The notes under the pieces were generated by a model that was not told the origin of the DNA, made no database searches, and was given only the letters and a program-made list of their open reading frames with translations. This document shows positions 42,204 to 50,952 of a stretch of DNA of 64,000 nt, piece by piece; position 1 is the stretch's first letter, and the number at the start of each line of letters is the position of its first letter. This DNA comes from a virus, in the IMG/VR virus record IMGVR_UViG_3300014158_000003, positions 1 to 64,000 of that record. One strand, 5' to 3'. Both the position numbers and the translations under genes were made by a program.

Positions 42204-45200
42204 ATGGGTCTCTACGCGCACCGCCTCGCCGAACTCTCCGCTGCGCGCGAGCGCGCCGGACGGCGCGCACCGGTGCGCCCGAGTGGACCTACAGACCGCC
42301 GCCGCCCGTACGCGCCGCCGCGCCGCGACAGCCGCGCCGCGCCGCGCCGGCACGACGTGCGCATCGGCACCGTCATCCCGAGCACCTACGTCCCGCCTCC
42401 CCCGCCACCGCCGGACACCTACGTCGAGGCCAAGCGCAAGTCTGCGATGCAGACCCAGTCGCTGCTCTTCAGTCGCGCCGACGGCTGGACCGAGAGCAAG
42501 GCGAAAGAGTGGGCGAAGGAGCACGGGTACAAGTCGAACAAGGTGGACGTCACCGACCAGTACATCCGCCTGCGCCAACTCGACCCGAAGAAATTCACTG
42601 TCAAGCGGACAGTTCCGTTTGGCAAGGGCATCCGCGCCGTAGTCGCTCGTGAGGAACCAATGCCGACCAAGAAGAAGAAGTCGACCCGTCGTCCCGCAGC
42701 CAAGCGCACCGCCGCCAAGCGCAAGCCCGCGCCGCGCAAGCACGCGGTGAAGCCCAAGTCGGCTCCGAAGCGGTCGGCCGCGCGCAAGCGCTCCAAGAAG
42801 GCGACGGTCGTCGCCGCGCGCCGGCGCCCGCGCATGGCCCGCGAGGTCGGTCGGGTCGTGGCCGCGAAGCGGCGCCCGGCGCGCCGCGTGCGCGAGGTCC
42901 GGGCGGCCGCCGAGGCGCGCCGGCGCAAACCTCGCGTGCGCGAGGTCCCGGTGGTCGCCGAGGCGAAGCGCAAGCCGGCCAGCTACGTGATGGCCAAGCG
43001 CCGCCCCGCGCCCAAGCGCCACCGGGCCGCCAAGCACAAGGTGCAGGCGTGGTTCGGCGACAGCGCGGGTCACAGCAAGGCCGCGAAGAAGGGCTGGAAG
43101 ACGCGCAAGGGCCACAAGGCCAGCAAGGTGACCCGCAAGGCCGCCGAGTCGCGCCGCCGCCCGAAGAAGCACCACCGCGTCCGCGAGACGATGACCGTCC
43201 AGGCGCGCCGGCGCCCGAAGAAGCACCACCGCGCCCGCGAGACGATGACCGTCCAGGCGCGTCGTCGCCCGAAGAAGCACCACCGCGCCCGCGAGACGAT
43301 GACCGTCCAGGCACGCCGCCGTCCGAAGAAGCACCACCTCGCCCGCGAGGCGTCGTCGGTGGTCCGCTCGAAGGCGCGCCGCAGCTACGTCCGCGCGCCG
43401 AGCATGCGCAGCATCGGGCGATCGGCGCTCGACATGGGACTCGAGCTCGGGCTCGGGGGCGCCGGCTACCTGCTCGCCGACGGCGTCGACCGCTTCCTCG
43501 CGACCTACGACCCGGCCAACGCGGCCAAGGCCGGCCCGAACAAGTTCACCTCGGACGGCACGGGCATGCTGGGCAACTCGCTCAACGTCGCCTCGGCGCC
43601 CGACTGGAAGCGCTACGCCAGCCTCGTCGGGCTGACGCTCATGCCGCTCGGCGGCTCGCTCTTCATCGAGAACAAGACGATCCGCTCCTCGGTGGAGGGG
43701 ATCGGTCTCGGCGCCGGCATCAAGCTGGCGACGACGCTCTGGGAGAGCCTGCTGATGCCGCTGCTCGTCGGCAAGGACACGAGCGCGCCAGCCCTGCAGA
43801 AGAGCTGGGTCGCGCGCCTGTACCCCGCCGAGGTCTCGGCGGCCCTCAACGAGAAGGCCGGGAAGGCCGCGGTCTCGAGCGGCGGCGCCAACAGCACGGC
43901 CGGCACGCTCTCGGGCGGCGCCGATCGCGATGCGGGCCCGTTCGCGCTCGCCGGTCGCTTCGACCACGGTCGCGGCGGTCGCGAGTGGGTGAGGCCCAAC
44001 CAGTGGCAGATGCCGGACGTGCCGGTGTACGACCCGAACGCGGTCGTCGTCGATCCGGACGCGGTCCCGGTCGCCGTCCAGCCGGCGTGGCCCGCGCACT
44101 TCGGCGAGCGGCACCGCTGGGGCCTGCGCGGCGTCGGCGACGCGGTGCAGGACGTGGCGCAGACCATCGCGGCGCAGACCGGCGTGCACCCGGCGCACGC
44201 CGTCAACGCGGCGATGCACGTGGCCGGCGAGCCGCACGACATCACGCAGGCGCTCCGACGCGCGCTGCCGCACATCCGCCGCGAGATCCTGGCCGAGTGT
44301 GCCCGGCACGTGCACCCGCACGTGGTCCGGATGCACGGCCACGCCCGCCACCCGCGCGAGCACGCCGAGTGGGAGGGCGAGCGGGCTGCCGAGGGCTTCC
44401 CGCCGCCCGCGCACGACGCACCGGAGCATGAGTGGCGCGAGTGGCACGGCAAGCGCGCGGCCGCGGACCTGCCCGCGGCTCCGCCCCCGCCCGAGCCGCC
44501 GGCCGCTGCCCCACGGACGCCGGAGCACCTGCGCACTCGGAGTGAGTGGCAGCCGAAGTCCGACCGCACGATCACCTTCGAACGGTTCGCGACCACCCAG
44601 CAGGCGCTGGGGATCGGCGGACCGGGAGGCCCCGCCGCGAGCGGCTACCCGGGCCAGCCGGGTCTCGGCTGCCTCGGCGACGCCTTCGCCGACGCAGCGC
44701 AGAGCGCGGCGGCCACCATCCCGGACATGCCGCTCGAGAACGCGGTCAACGTGGCGGCCCACGCGGCGACCGAGCCGTTCAGCTGCGACCGAGCGATCGA
44801 GCGCGCGATGCCGTTCGTCCGCCGCGAGCTCACCCGAGCCTGCGCGGAGAACATGACCCCGTACATCCGCCAGTTGACCGGGATCCCGCTCCCGCCCGAG
44901 GCTGCGGCCCCGCCGCCTCCGCCGCCGGGCGCGCCCGAGCTGCCCGCGCCGCCGGCGCCGCCGGTCATCGAGTTCGTGCCGTCGCCGCCTCCGCCGAGCT
45001 GGACCCGCTCGGAGGCGGAGTGGCACGACGAGGAGCGTCGCAACTGGGACCGCACGCACGGCGGTCACGCCGTCGTGGCGGCCGCGACGCACGCGGCCGA
45101 GGCTGCGGCCGCACCGCACCCCGACGCGCAGAAGCCCGCCGTGCAGGCGGCCGTGCACGCCATCGCCGACAAGGCCGCGCAGGCGGCATCCGCGGCGCCT

Positions 45201-45542
45201 CCCGGCACGCCTCCGGCGGAGGTCCACGCCGCTGCCCACGAGGCTGCGAAGGTGGAGGCCGCCGAGCACCCGGCGGTCGCTGCGCACCCGGCCGTCAAGG
45301 CCGCCGTCGCAGCGGCGCCGCCCGCAGCGGCGCACGCCGTCGCTGCGCAAGCGGCGCCGGTGGCCGGCGTCCACGGAGTCGGCAACCCGCCCCGCAACCT
45401 GCCGGTCGGGCCGCCCAAGATCGGCAAGTCCGGCCCGCGCGTGCCCCAGCACGAGTCGGAGTGCGGCTGCCTCGACGACAGCCCGTACCTCGGCTTCGTC
45501 GGCGACGAAGTCGAAGAGGACCAGCTGTTCACCCTGAGCTGA
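42204..45542 (+). CDS. 1112-aa histone-H1-like/membrane/His-Pro-rich protein (putative core/scaffold polyprotein)
   Basis: K/R-rich region, hydrophobic helices, duplicated helical domain; TACGTT 6 nt before ATG. Confidence 0.8.
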   Translation: MGLYAHRLAELSAARERAGRRAPVRPSGPTDRRRPYAPPRRDSRAAPRRHDVRIGTVIPSTYVPPPPPPPDTYVEAKRKSAMQTQSLLFSRADGWTESKAKEWAKEHGYKSNKVDVTDQYIRLRQLDPKKFTVKRTVPFGKGIRAVVAREEPMPTKKKKSTRRPAAKRTAAKRKPAPRKHAVKPKSAPKRSAARKRSKKATVVAARRRPRMAREVGRVVAAKRRPARRVREVRAAAEARRRKPRVREVPVVAEAKRKPASYVMAKRRPAPKRHRAAKHKVQAWFGDSAGHSKAAKKGWKTRKGHKASKVTRKAAESRRRPKKHHRVRETMTVQARRRPKKHHRARETMTVQARRRPKKHHRARETMTVQARRRPKKHHLAREASSVVRSKARRSYVRAPSMRSIGRSALDMGLELGLGGAGYLLADGVDRFLATYDPANAAKAGPNKFTSDGTGMLGNSLNVASAPDWKRYASLVGLTLMPLGGSLFIENKTIRSSVEGIGLGAGIKLATTLWESLLMPLLVGKDTSAPALQKSWVARLYPAEVSAALNEKAGKAAVSSGGANSTAGTLSGGADRDAGPFALAGRFDHGRGGREWVRPNQWQMPDVPVYDPNAVVVDPDAVPVAVQPAWPAHFGERHRWGLRGVGDAVQDVAQTIAAQTGVHPAHAVNAAMHVAGEPHDITQALRRALPHIRREILAECARHVHPHVVRMHGHARHPREHAEWEGERAAEGFPPPAHDAPEHEWREWHGKRAAADLPAAPPPPEPPAAAPRTPEHLRTRSEWQPKSDRTITFERFATTQQALGIGGPGGPAASGYPGQPGLGCLGDAFADAAQSAAATIPDMPLENAVNVAAHAATEPFSCDRAIERAMPFVRRELTRACAENMTPYIRQLTGIPLPPEAAAPPPPPPGAPELPAPPAPPVIEFVPSPPPPSWTRSEAEWHDEERRNWDRTHGGHAVVAAATHAAEAAAAPHPDAQKPAVQAAVHAIADKAAQAASAAPPGTPPAEVHAAAHEAAKVEAAEHPAVAAHPAVKAAVAAAPPAAAHAVAAQAAPVAGVHGVGNPPRNLPVGPPKIGKSGPRVPQHESECGCLDDSPYLGFVGDEVEEDQLFTLS
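43152..43349 (+). repeat. 54-bp coding tandem repeat (RRRPKKHHRARETMTVQA x3.7)
   Basis: Directly visible. Confidence 0.9.
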
Positions 45543-45640
45543 GAAGCTCGCAAAAAACCAACGACCCCTAGCGAAGAAGCAACAACCAACTCCCCGCGGC
45601 GGACCAAGGAAACGGCGGGGAAGCGAAAGAGAGAACGACC

Positions 45641-46936
45641 ATGGCGAGGAACGTGAGCGGTTTGAGCAAGAAGTCGATCAAGTACGGCGGCGAGAGCCGC
45701 GAGAAGGTCCAGCGGGTGCCGTTCGGCCTGGGCGCCCCGCCCGGCGACGAGGCGGCCGCCCAGAAGTGCCTGCGCTGCGGGTTCGGCAACGTGCCCGTGG
45801 TCGAGGAGGTGGTCTGGACGATCCCGCTGCCGCTGACCAGCGAGCAGGCGACCACGACCTTCGGCGACACGGTCAACCCGCTCAGCGGGTCCTCCGCGGT
45901 CCCCGGCGTCGCGTCGATCGACTCGACGTTCCTCATCAACGGCATCCTGCAGACCGACATCCTGACCCAGGGCATCGGCGTGCACGTGTTCTGCGAGCCG
46001 ACGTCGTTCTCCACGATCGGCAACGCCTGGTCGGCGCCGTCGACCACCACCGCTCCGCCGCCGTCTCCCGACGTGTTCACGGTCAACGACATCACCAACG
46101 GCGCGATGGGTGGACTCGTCGCGGAGGACCTCGCCTCCTTCTCTCCCGCCGTCTTCGAGTGGGGCGCGGCGACCTGGCGCGCGGGATGGAACTTCATCAA
46201 CGCGTATCAATTTCAATGGAAAACGTCGCAGCGTGAGCTCGTGCTCAACGAACTCGCCGCGGACATCAGCTACTTCGGGTCCTTCGCGGACGCCGAGGCG
46301 AGCGGCACGAGCGAGCTGCCGGTCATCGAGTTCGTGGCGCTGGTCAACGCGCAGTACCGCGCGCAGGACTCCGCGACGATCTTCCTGCCGGTCAACTTCC
46401 GGCGCGTCGGCAGCGTGACGGGCGCGTTCCCGTACGTCACCGGCGACAACCTCGGCATCTTCCACCCGACGCGCGACTTCGACCTCGCGCCGGTCACCTG
46501 GGGTGGCCTCAGGTGGCAGGGGTACGGCTGCCGCGGTCAGATGTACCGGCAGATCGAGTCGCCCTGCTTCCTCGAGCGCGGTATCCCCATCGGGATGATC
46601 TTCATTGCGCAAGACGCGGTCCATCAAGCCCAGATGATCGAGGCGCTCACGATCGACAACGAGCCGTTCGGCACGAACGTCGTGCCGGACGTGAACGTCA
46701 GCGACACCACCCTCACGTCCACCGACGTGGGTCCCGGCGCGCTGCCGGTCATGCTGGAGCAGACGCTCGACGCGACCCCGGTCAGCGTCTCGCAGTCGGT
46801 CAACGTCAACCGCCAGATCTTCAAGGGCGGCATCTTCAAGCTCGGCATCAAGATCAAGGGCTGGGAGATGCCCGGCGGGTGGAAGAGCTACTGCGCGGAG
46901 AAGGGCATCCGCGGGATGCACCACGCGGGCGCCTGA
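45641..46936 (+). CDS. Candidate major capsid protein
   Basis: 431 aa, beta-rich, strong codon bias, followed by intrinsic terminator, in structural context; fold not verified. Confidence 0.5.
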   Translation: MARNVSGLSKKSIKYGGESREKVQRVPFGLGAPPGDEAAAQKCLRCGFGNVPVVEEVVWTIPLPLTSEQATTTFGDTVNPLSGSSAVPGVASIDSTFLINGILQTDILTQGIGVHVFCEPTSFSTIGNAWSAPSTTTAPPPSPDVFTVNDITNGAMGGLVAEDLASFSPAVFEWGAATWRAGWNFINAYQFQWKTSQRELVLNELAADISYFGSFADAEASGTSELPVIEFVALVNAQYRAQDSATIFLPVNFRRVGSVTGAFPYVTGDNLGIFHPTRDFDLAPVTWGGLRWQGYGCRGQMYRQIESPCFLERGIPIGMIFIAQDAVHQAQMIEALTIDNEPFGTNVVPDVNVSDTTLTSTDVGPGALPVMLEQTLDATPVSVSQSVNVNRQIFKGGIFKLGIKIKGWEMPGGWKSYCAEKGIRGMHHAGA

Positions 46937-46967
46937 AGCGCGGAGACGCGCTTGAGCGCCTGAACCA

Positions 46968-47009
46968 GGGCGGCGTGGCGGGATGCGCCGCGCCGCCCTT
47001 TCGTTTTTT
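46968..47009 (+). terminator. Rho-independent terminator
   Basis: Stem GGGCGGCGTGGCG / CGCCGCGCCGCCC followed by TTTCGTTTTTT. Confidence 0.85.
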
Positions 47010-47029
47010 GAGATACTCTGGAGGAGCGA

Positions 47030-47629
47030 ATGCAGCCGAAAAGCGAGAACGTCCGGGACCTGGCGATTTGGGCGCCGAAGATCGCCTACGCGATGGTGGT
47101 CGGGGTCCCGCGCGTCCCGTTCGTCGTCGACATCCCGATCCAGTTCACGTCGAGCGTCGTCGATGCGCCGTACATCGAGGCGAGCTTCGACAACAACCTC
47201 ACGCAGGACACGCTTGTCGAGAAGATCGCGTTCACGCTCTTCCAGCAGAACTCGTTTCCTGGGAGCCCGTTCCAGAGCCTGTACTTCAACCAGTTGAAGG
47301 GGCAGACGGGCGTCGGCGTGAAGTTCGATGTCTACGGGGCGCCCCGCTACAGCGTGCAGGACACACCGATCGACCTCGCGAACATGGCCGACGTCCTGGC
47401 CGTCACGTGGCCCAACGGCTGGCCGCTCCCGAAGCAGTCGAACGTCAAAGTGTCGGCCGTCCTGTTCCAGACGCCGGTGAGCGTACCTTTCGACGTCAAC
47501 ATAACTTTCCTCGGTTGGAGTGCGTTGGACGCGGAAATTGACTCACTCTCGGACGACGATGCGCGCTGCCGGCTGCGCAAGCTCGGATTCGAGGTCCCGG
47601 ACCTGGAAGTTCTTCTGACCAGGCCGTGA
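47030..47629 (+). CDS. Beta-rich protein, candidate second/minor capsid protein
   Basis: GGAGG RBS; alternating hydrophobic strands; follows the candidate MCP. Confidence 0.5.
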   Translation: MQPKSENVRDLAIWAPKIAYAMVVGVPRVPFVVDIPIQFTSSVVDAPYIEASFDNNLTQDTLVEKIAFTLFQQNSFPGSPFQSLYFNQLKGQTGVGVKFDVYGAPRYSVQDTPIDLANMADVLAVTWPNGWPLPKQSNVKVSAVLFQTPVSVPFDVNITFLGWSALDAEIDSLSDDDARCRLRKLGFEVPDLEVLLTRP

Positions 47630-48714
47630 CTACTCGATTCACCTTCTACTGCCACACCAACCGGGTGAACGGCAAACAATACGTCGGCCAAACAGCCTGG
47701 ACGATGGAGGAGCGTTGGAAATCGCACGTCACGTCAGCGAAACTACATCAGGGCTGTCGGGTATTCGGGGCGGCCATTCGCAAGTACGGCCCGGACGCGT
47801 TCGATCACGAGATCCTCGAAGTCGTCGTCTGCACGCAGCAAGAGGCTGACCTCATTGAGACGGAATGGATCAAGCGAAAAGGAAGTCGTGTACCGTTCGG
47901 GTACAACCTTACGGCTGGCGGCGGTAGCCACGGTCTCCTCCACGAGGACTCCAAGCGTTTGATAGGAGAAGCGTCGAGAAAACGCTTGGCTGGCATGACG
48001 CCGGAGCAGCGAACGGAGTTCTTCAAAAAGAACATTCACATCTACACGCCGGAACGTTTGGCGCGTCATGCGGAGCGGTTTCGATCCAAAGAACACCGCG
48101 AGAAGGTGACAGCCGACCAGAAATACTTTTGGTCGAAGCTATCGCCCGAAGAGAGGCTCGCTCGCGCTAAGCATATGCACGCTGGCATTTCGGAAGAAAA
48201 GAAACACGAGCGCACGCGCAAAGCGTGGGCCAAACTGACACCAGAAAAGCGCGCAGAACGCATCCGAAACGCCAGCGAGGCCAACGTTCGGGCGTGGAGT
48301 CCAGAGAGATCGAAGAAGAGGAGCGAGGCGCAGTCTGCAAGACACGCAGCGATTCCGCCTGAACAGCGTCGCGAGGTCGTCAACAAGGCGTGGGTCACTC
48401 GTCGCGCGAAATACGGGCAGAGCGGCATGAAGAACCCAGCACCAGCCCGAAGTGGTTACGTCAAGCTGACTCCGGAGGAACTGTCAAAACGCCGCAGAAA
48501 AAGTTGGGCGAACATGACGCCGGAAGCCTACGACGAGCGGGTACGCAAGACTCGGGAAGGCAAACGGCTGGCGCGTCTGGCGAAGTCCGGTCAGCAGCTC
48601 GACGCCGAACTCGTCCCCTTCGTCCGCCACTGGCACAAGCGCGGCCACTCGATCCGGTCGATCGCCCTCGCCTTCGACGTGTCCACCAATGAGATCGAGA
48701 GGGCGGTGGCCTGA
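47626..48714 (+). CDS. GIY-YIG homing endonuclease
   Basis: TFYCHTNRVNGKQYVGQT..R, AIRKYG, E..WI, GYNLTAGG; TPEQR repeats; C-terminal HTH; lower GC. Confidence 0.85.
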   Translation: MTTRFTFYCHTNRVNGKQYVGQTAWTMEERWKSHVTSAKLHQGCRVFGAAIRKYGPDAFDHEILEVVVCTQQEADLIETEWIKRKGSRVPFGYNLTAGGGSHGLLHEDSKRLIGEASRKRLAGMTPEQRTEFFKKNIHIYTPERLARHAERFRSKEHREKVTADQKYFWSKLSPEERLARAKHMHAGISEEKKHERTRKAWAKLTPEKRAERIRNASEANVRAWSPERSKKRSEAQSARHAAIPPEQRREVVNKAWVTRRAKYGQSGMKNPAPARSGYVKLTPEELSKRRRKSWANMTPEAYDERVRKTREGKRLARLAKSGQQLDAELVPFVRHWHKRGHSIRSIALAFDVSTNEIERAVA

Positions 48715-49661
48715 TGCCCGGCAGAGACGCCAAGGCCCGAAACTGCGGCAGCGCAGAACTCGGCGAGCGCGAGGCGAAGTTGATCCGCCTGGCGCGGTCT
48801 CCCGGAGGAATCGCGCGCGGGATCCGCACGCGCTTCTACCCCGGTCGCCACGAGGTCGTCCCCGCATCGCTCGACCCGTACGTCGCGCTGATCAGCAGCG
48901 ACCCCTGGGGCTCCCCGGTCGGCACGGGACTCCTGGTCCCGTCGACGCCGACCGGGTCGCTCGTCCCTGCCGGGGCCTCGCCGTCGCAGTACCGGTACCT
49001 GTTTCTGCTCGCCCGCGAGCAGTTCGCGTCCGGCAACACGGGCGCGCGGCTCACCGGCATCCGGCAGTACGCGGAACTCATGGCGACGGTGGCCGGCACC
49101 GACGGGTCCCCGAACACCGTCTTCCGCAAGGAGATCACGAGTCCGCTCTGGCACCCGCCCGACGGCAACGTCTCCTGGCACGTGATGGTGATCGCGAAAA
49201 ATCGGATGGTGACGCGCAACGTCCAGAACGCCGACAGCCTCAAGTTCCGAGACGCGTTCGGCCCGTGCCTGCTCTTCGAGACCTTCGCGGGCCCGCAGTT
49301 CGCGCCGACCGCGTACGCGCCGCCGAACGGCGGCCGCCCGTGGGGCAAGCCCCTCGGCGGCGTGAGCCTGGGCAACATGCACGACCTGCGGTACCGCTGG
49401 CGCACCGGCTACCTCGAGCAGATGCTCGACATCCCGGTGCCGCTGCCGTGCGACGTCGCGCTCTTCGCGAGCGTCCGGCAGAACGACCCGCTGACCAACC
49501 CGTGCGCGGGGATCCTGACCTCCTGCCAGCTCGCGGCGCTCGGTCCCGAGGACCAGTTCCTGACCTCGTTCTGCGGGTCCGCGCAGTACGGCCGCATTGC
49601 GGGGTCGCTCGTCTTCAGCGAGACTTCGAGGGACCCCATGGACGAGGAGGGCGCGGCATGA
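48714..49661 (+). CDS. Putative structural protein
   Basis: Coupled ORF in virion module; beta/Pro-rich. Confidence 0.65.
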   Translation: MPGRDAKARNCGSAELGEREAKLIRLARSPGGIARGIRTRFYPGRHEVVPASLDPYVALISSDPWGSPVGTGLLVPSTPTGSLVPAGASPSQYRYLFLLAREQFASGNTGARLTGIRQYAELMATVAGTDGSPNTVFRKEITSPLWHPPDGNVSWHVMVIAKNRMVTRNVQNADSLKFRDAFGPCLLFETFAGPQFAPTAYAPPNGGRPWGKPLGGVSLGNMHDLRYRWRTGYLEQMLDIPVPLPCDVALFASVRQNDPLTNPCAGILTSCQLAALGPEDQFLTSFCGSAQYGRIAGSLVFSETSRDPMDEEGAA

Positions 49662-50599
49662 CCACCGGAGTCGGAGGGTGCGGAGGCGGGTGCCGGGGCG
49701 GGTGCGGGGACCTGTCGCACGCGGTGGTCCGGGCGCCTCGGGCGCCGGGCAGGCTGACGCCGACGCCGGCGCAGGCGGCCAACATCGCGCAGAGCAACGG
49801 CTCGTACGGCGACTGGGTCACCGACGTCCCGGTCCAGGGACCGACCGACGAGGGGATCCGCAGGGCGGGCTGCTGGTGGAAGAACAACGTGCTCGACAAG
49901 GTCACCGACGACCAGGGCGCCATGGTGCCCCGGTGGACGCAGTCGTCCCTACTCTGCCTCGACGGCCGGCCGCTGCAGTCGGGCGTCGGTGGCGAGACGG
50001 TCCGGCGCCGCGGGGTGAGTGCGGGCGCGCTCGGCGCGGACCCAGCGCCCAACGCGCCGCCCGCGGCGACGACGACCAAGCCCGCGGCCTCGCTGCCCGC
50101 ACCGCCCGGCATCTGGTCCAAGCTCACCGCCGACCAGTCGCACTGGGTCGCGACCACGCTGATCGCGCTCAACGACTTCATCGTCAAGGCCGGCAACAAG
50201 CTCTGCGCGAGCTGGCCCGCGGACCTCTTGAAGGACGACGCGTCGGCGACCGCGAAGATGCCCGCGGCGGTCGGGTGCTTCCAGAGCTGGTACAACCTGA
50301 ACCTCCAGCCGGACGCGCCGCTGCGCACCGACGGCACGCTCGACGAGCGGACCGCGTGCGCGCTCGTGGCGACCACGGGCCTGCACGCGAACGACTTCCC
50401 GACGCCGTACCCGGGAGTCCTCAAGTGCGGGGGCCTGTCCCTCTACGCGAAGGTCGGCATCGGCGCCGGCGTCGCGGTCGCCGTGGGCGGGGCCATCGCG
50501 GCGGTCGCGGCGGCGAGCCACAAGAAGAAGAAGGCCGCACCCGCGGCCGCAGCGGAGGCGCGGCGCGGCGCCCAGTACGGAAGGGAGCGACGACGATGA
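49658..50599 (+). CDS. Tagged protein with PG-binding-like domain and C-terminal TM
   Basis: Internal ETVRRRGVSAGALG; FQSWYN...LRTDGTLDERT; C-terminal hydrophobic helix + KKKK. Confidence 0.7.
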   Translation: MTTGVGGCGGGCRGGCGDLSHAVVRAPRAPGRLTPTPAQAANIAQSNGSYGDWVTDVPVQGPTDEGIRRAGCWWKNNVLDKVTDDQGAMVPRWTQSSLLCLDGRPLQSGVGGETVRRRGVSAGALGADPAPNAPPAATTTKPAASLPAPPGIWSKLTADQSHWVATTLIALNDFIVKAGNKLCASWPADLLKDDASATAKMPAAVGCFQSWYNLNLQPDAPLRTDGTLDERTACALVATTGLHANDFPTPYPGVLKCGGLSLYAKVGIGAGVAVAVGGAIAAVAAASHKKKKAAPAAAAEARRGAQYGRERRR

Positions 50600-50943
50600 A
50601 TCAGCTCGTGAGGTCCAATCTCGGCGGCGACACCCTGCGGCGCGGAGGTGTGCGGATCGGCTGGCTCGGCGACGCGCCGGCGACGAGCGCGCCGGCCACG
50701 ACTCCGCCCCCGGTGCCCGCCGCGGGGCCGGCGCCGGCGACGCCCGCCGCGACTGCGCCCGCGGCCGCACCCGCGTCAGCCCCGACGAGCCCGCCCGCCG
50801 CTGGCGACAAGACCAAGGGCGACGCCGCAGCGGGTCCCCTGGCGGCCCTCGAGCGCCTGCCGACCCTCGCGAAGGTCGGCATCGGCGTGGGTGTCGCCGC
50901 GGTCGTCGTCGGCATCGGCGCGGCCATCGCGGCGGCAAAATAG
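50596..50943 (+). CDS. Tagged Pro/Ala-rich protein with C-terminal TM
   Basis: DTLRRGGVRIGWLGD; AKVGIGVGVAAVVVGIGAAIAA similar to previous ORF's anchor. Confidence 0.7.
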   Translation: MNQLVRSNLGGDTLRRGGVRIGWLGDAPATSAPATTPPPVPAAGPAPATPAATAPAAAPASAPTSPPAAGDKTKGDAAAGPLAALERLPTLAKVGIGVGVAAVVVGIGAAIAAAK

Positions 50944-50952
50944 CGGGGACCC

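Noticed and set aside
43152-43349. 54-bp repeats as a CRISPR array
   Set aside because: Contiguous in-frame coding repeats with no spacers and no cas genes
42063-45452. 1129-aa minus ORF and other long Arg-rich overlapping ORFs (e.g. 36361-39525, 12077-14923, 8905-10950)
   Set aside because: Stop-codon scarcity at high GC; they overlap better-supported genes and have off-frame composition
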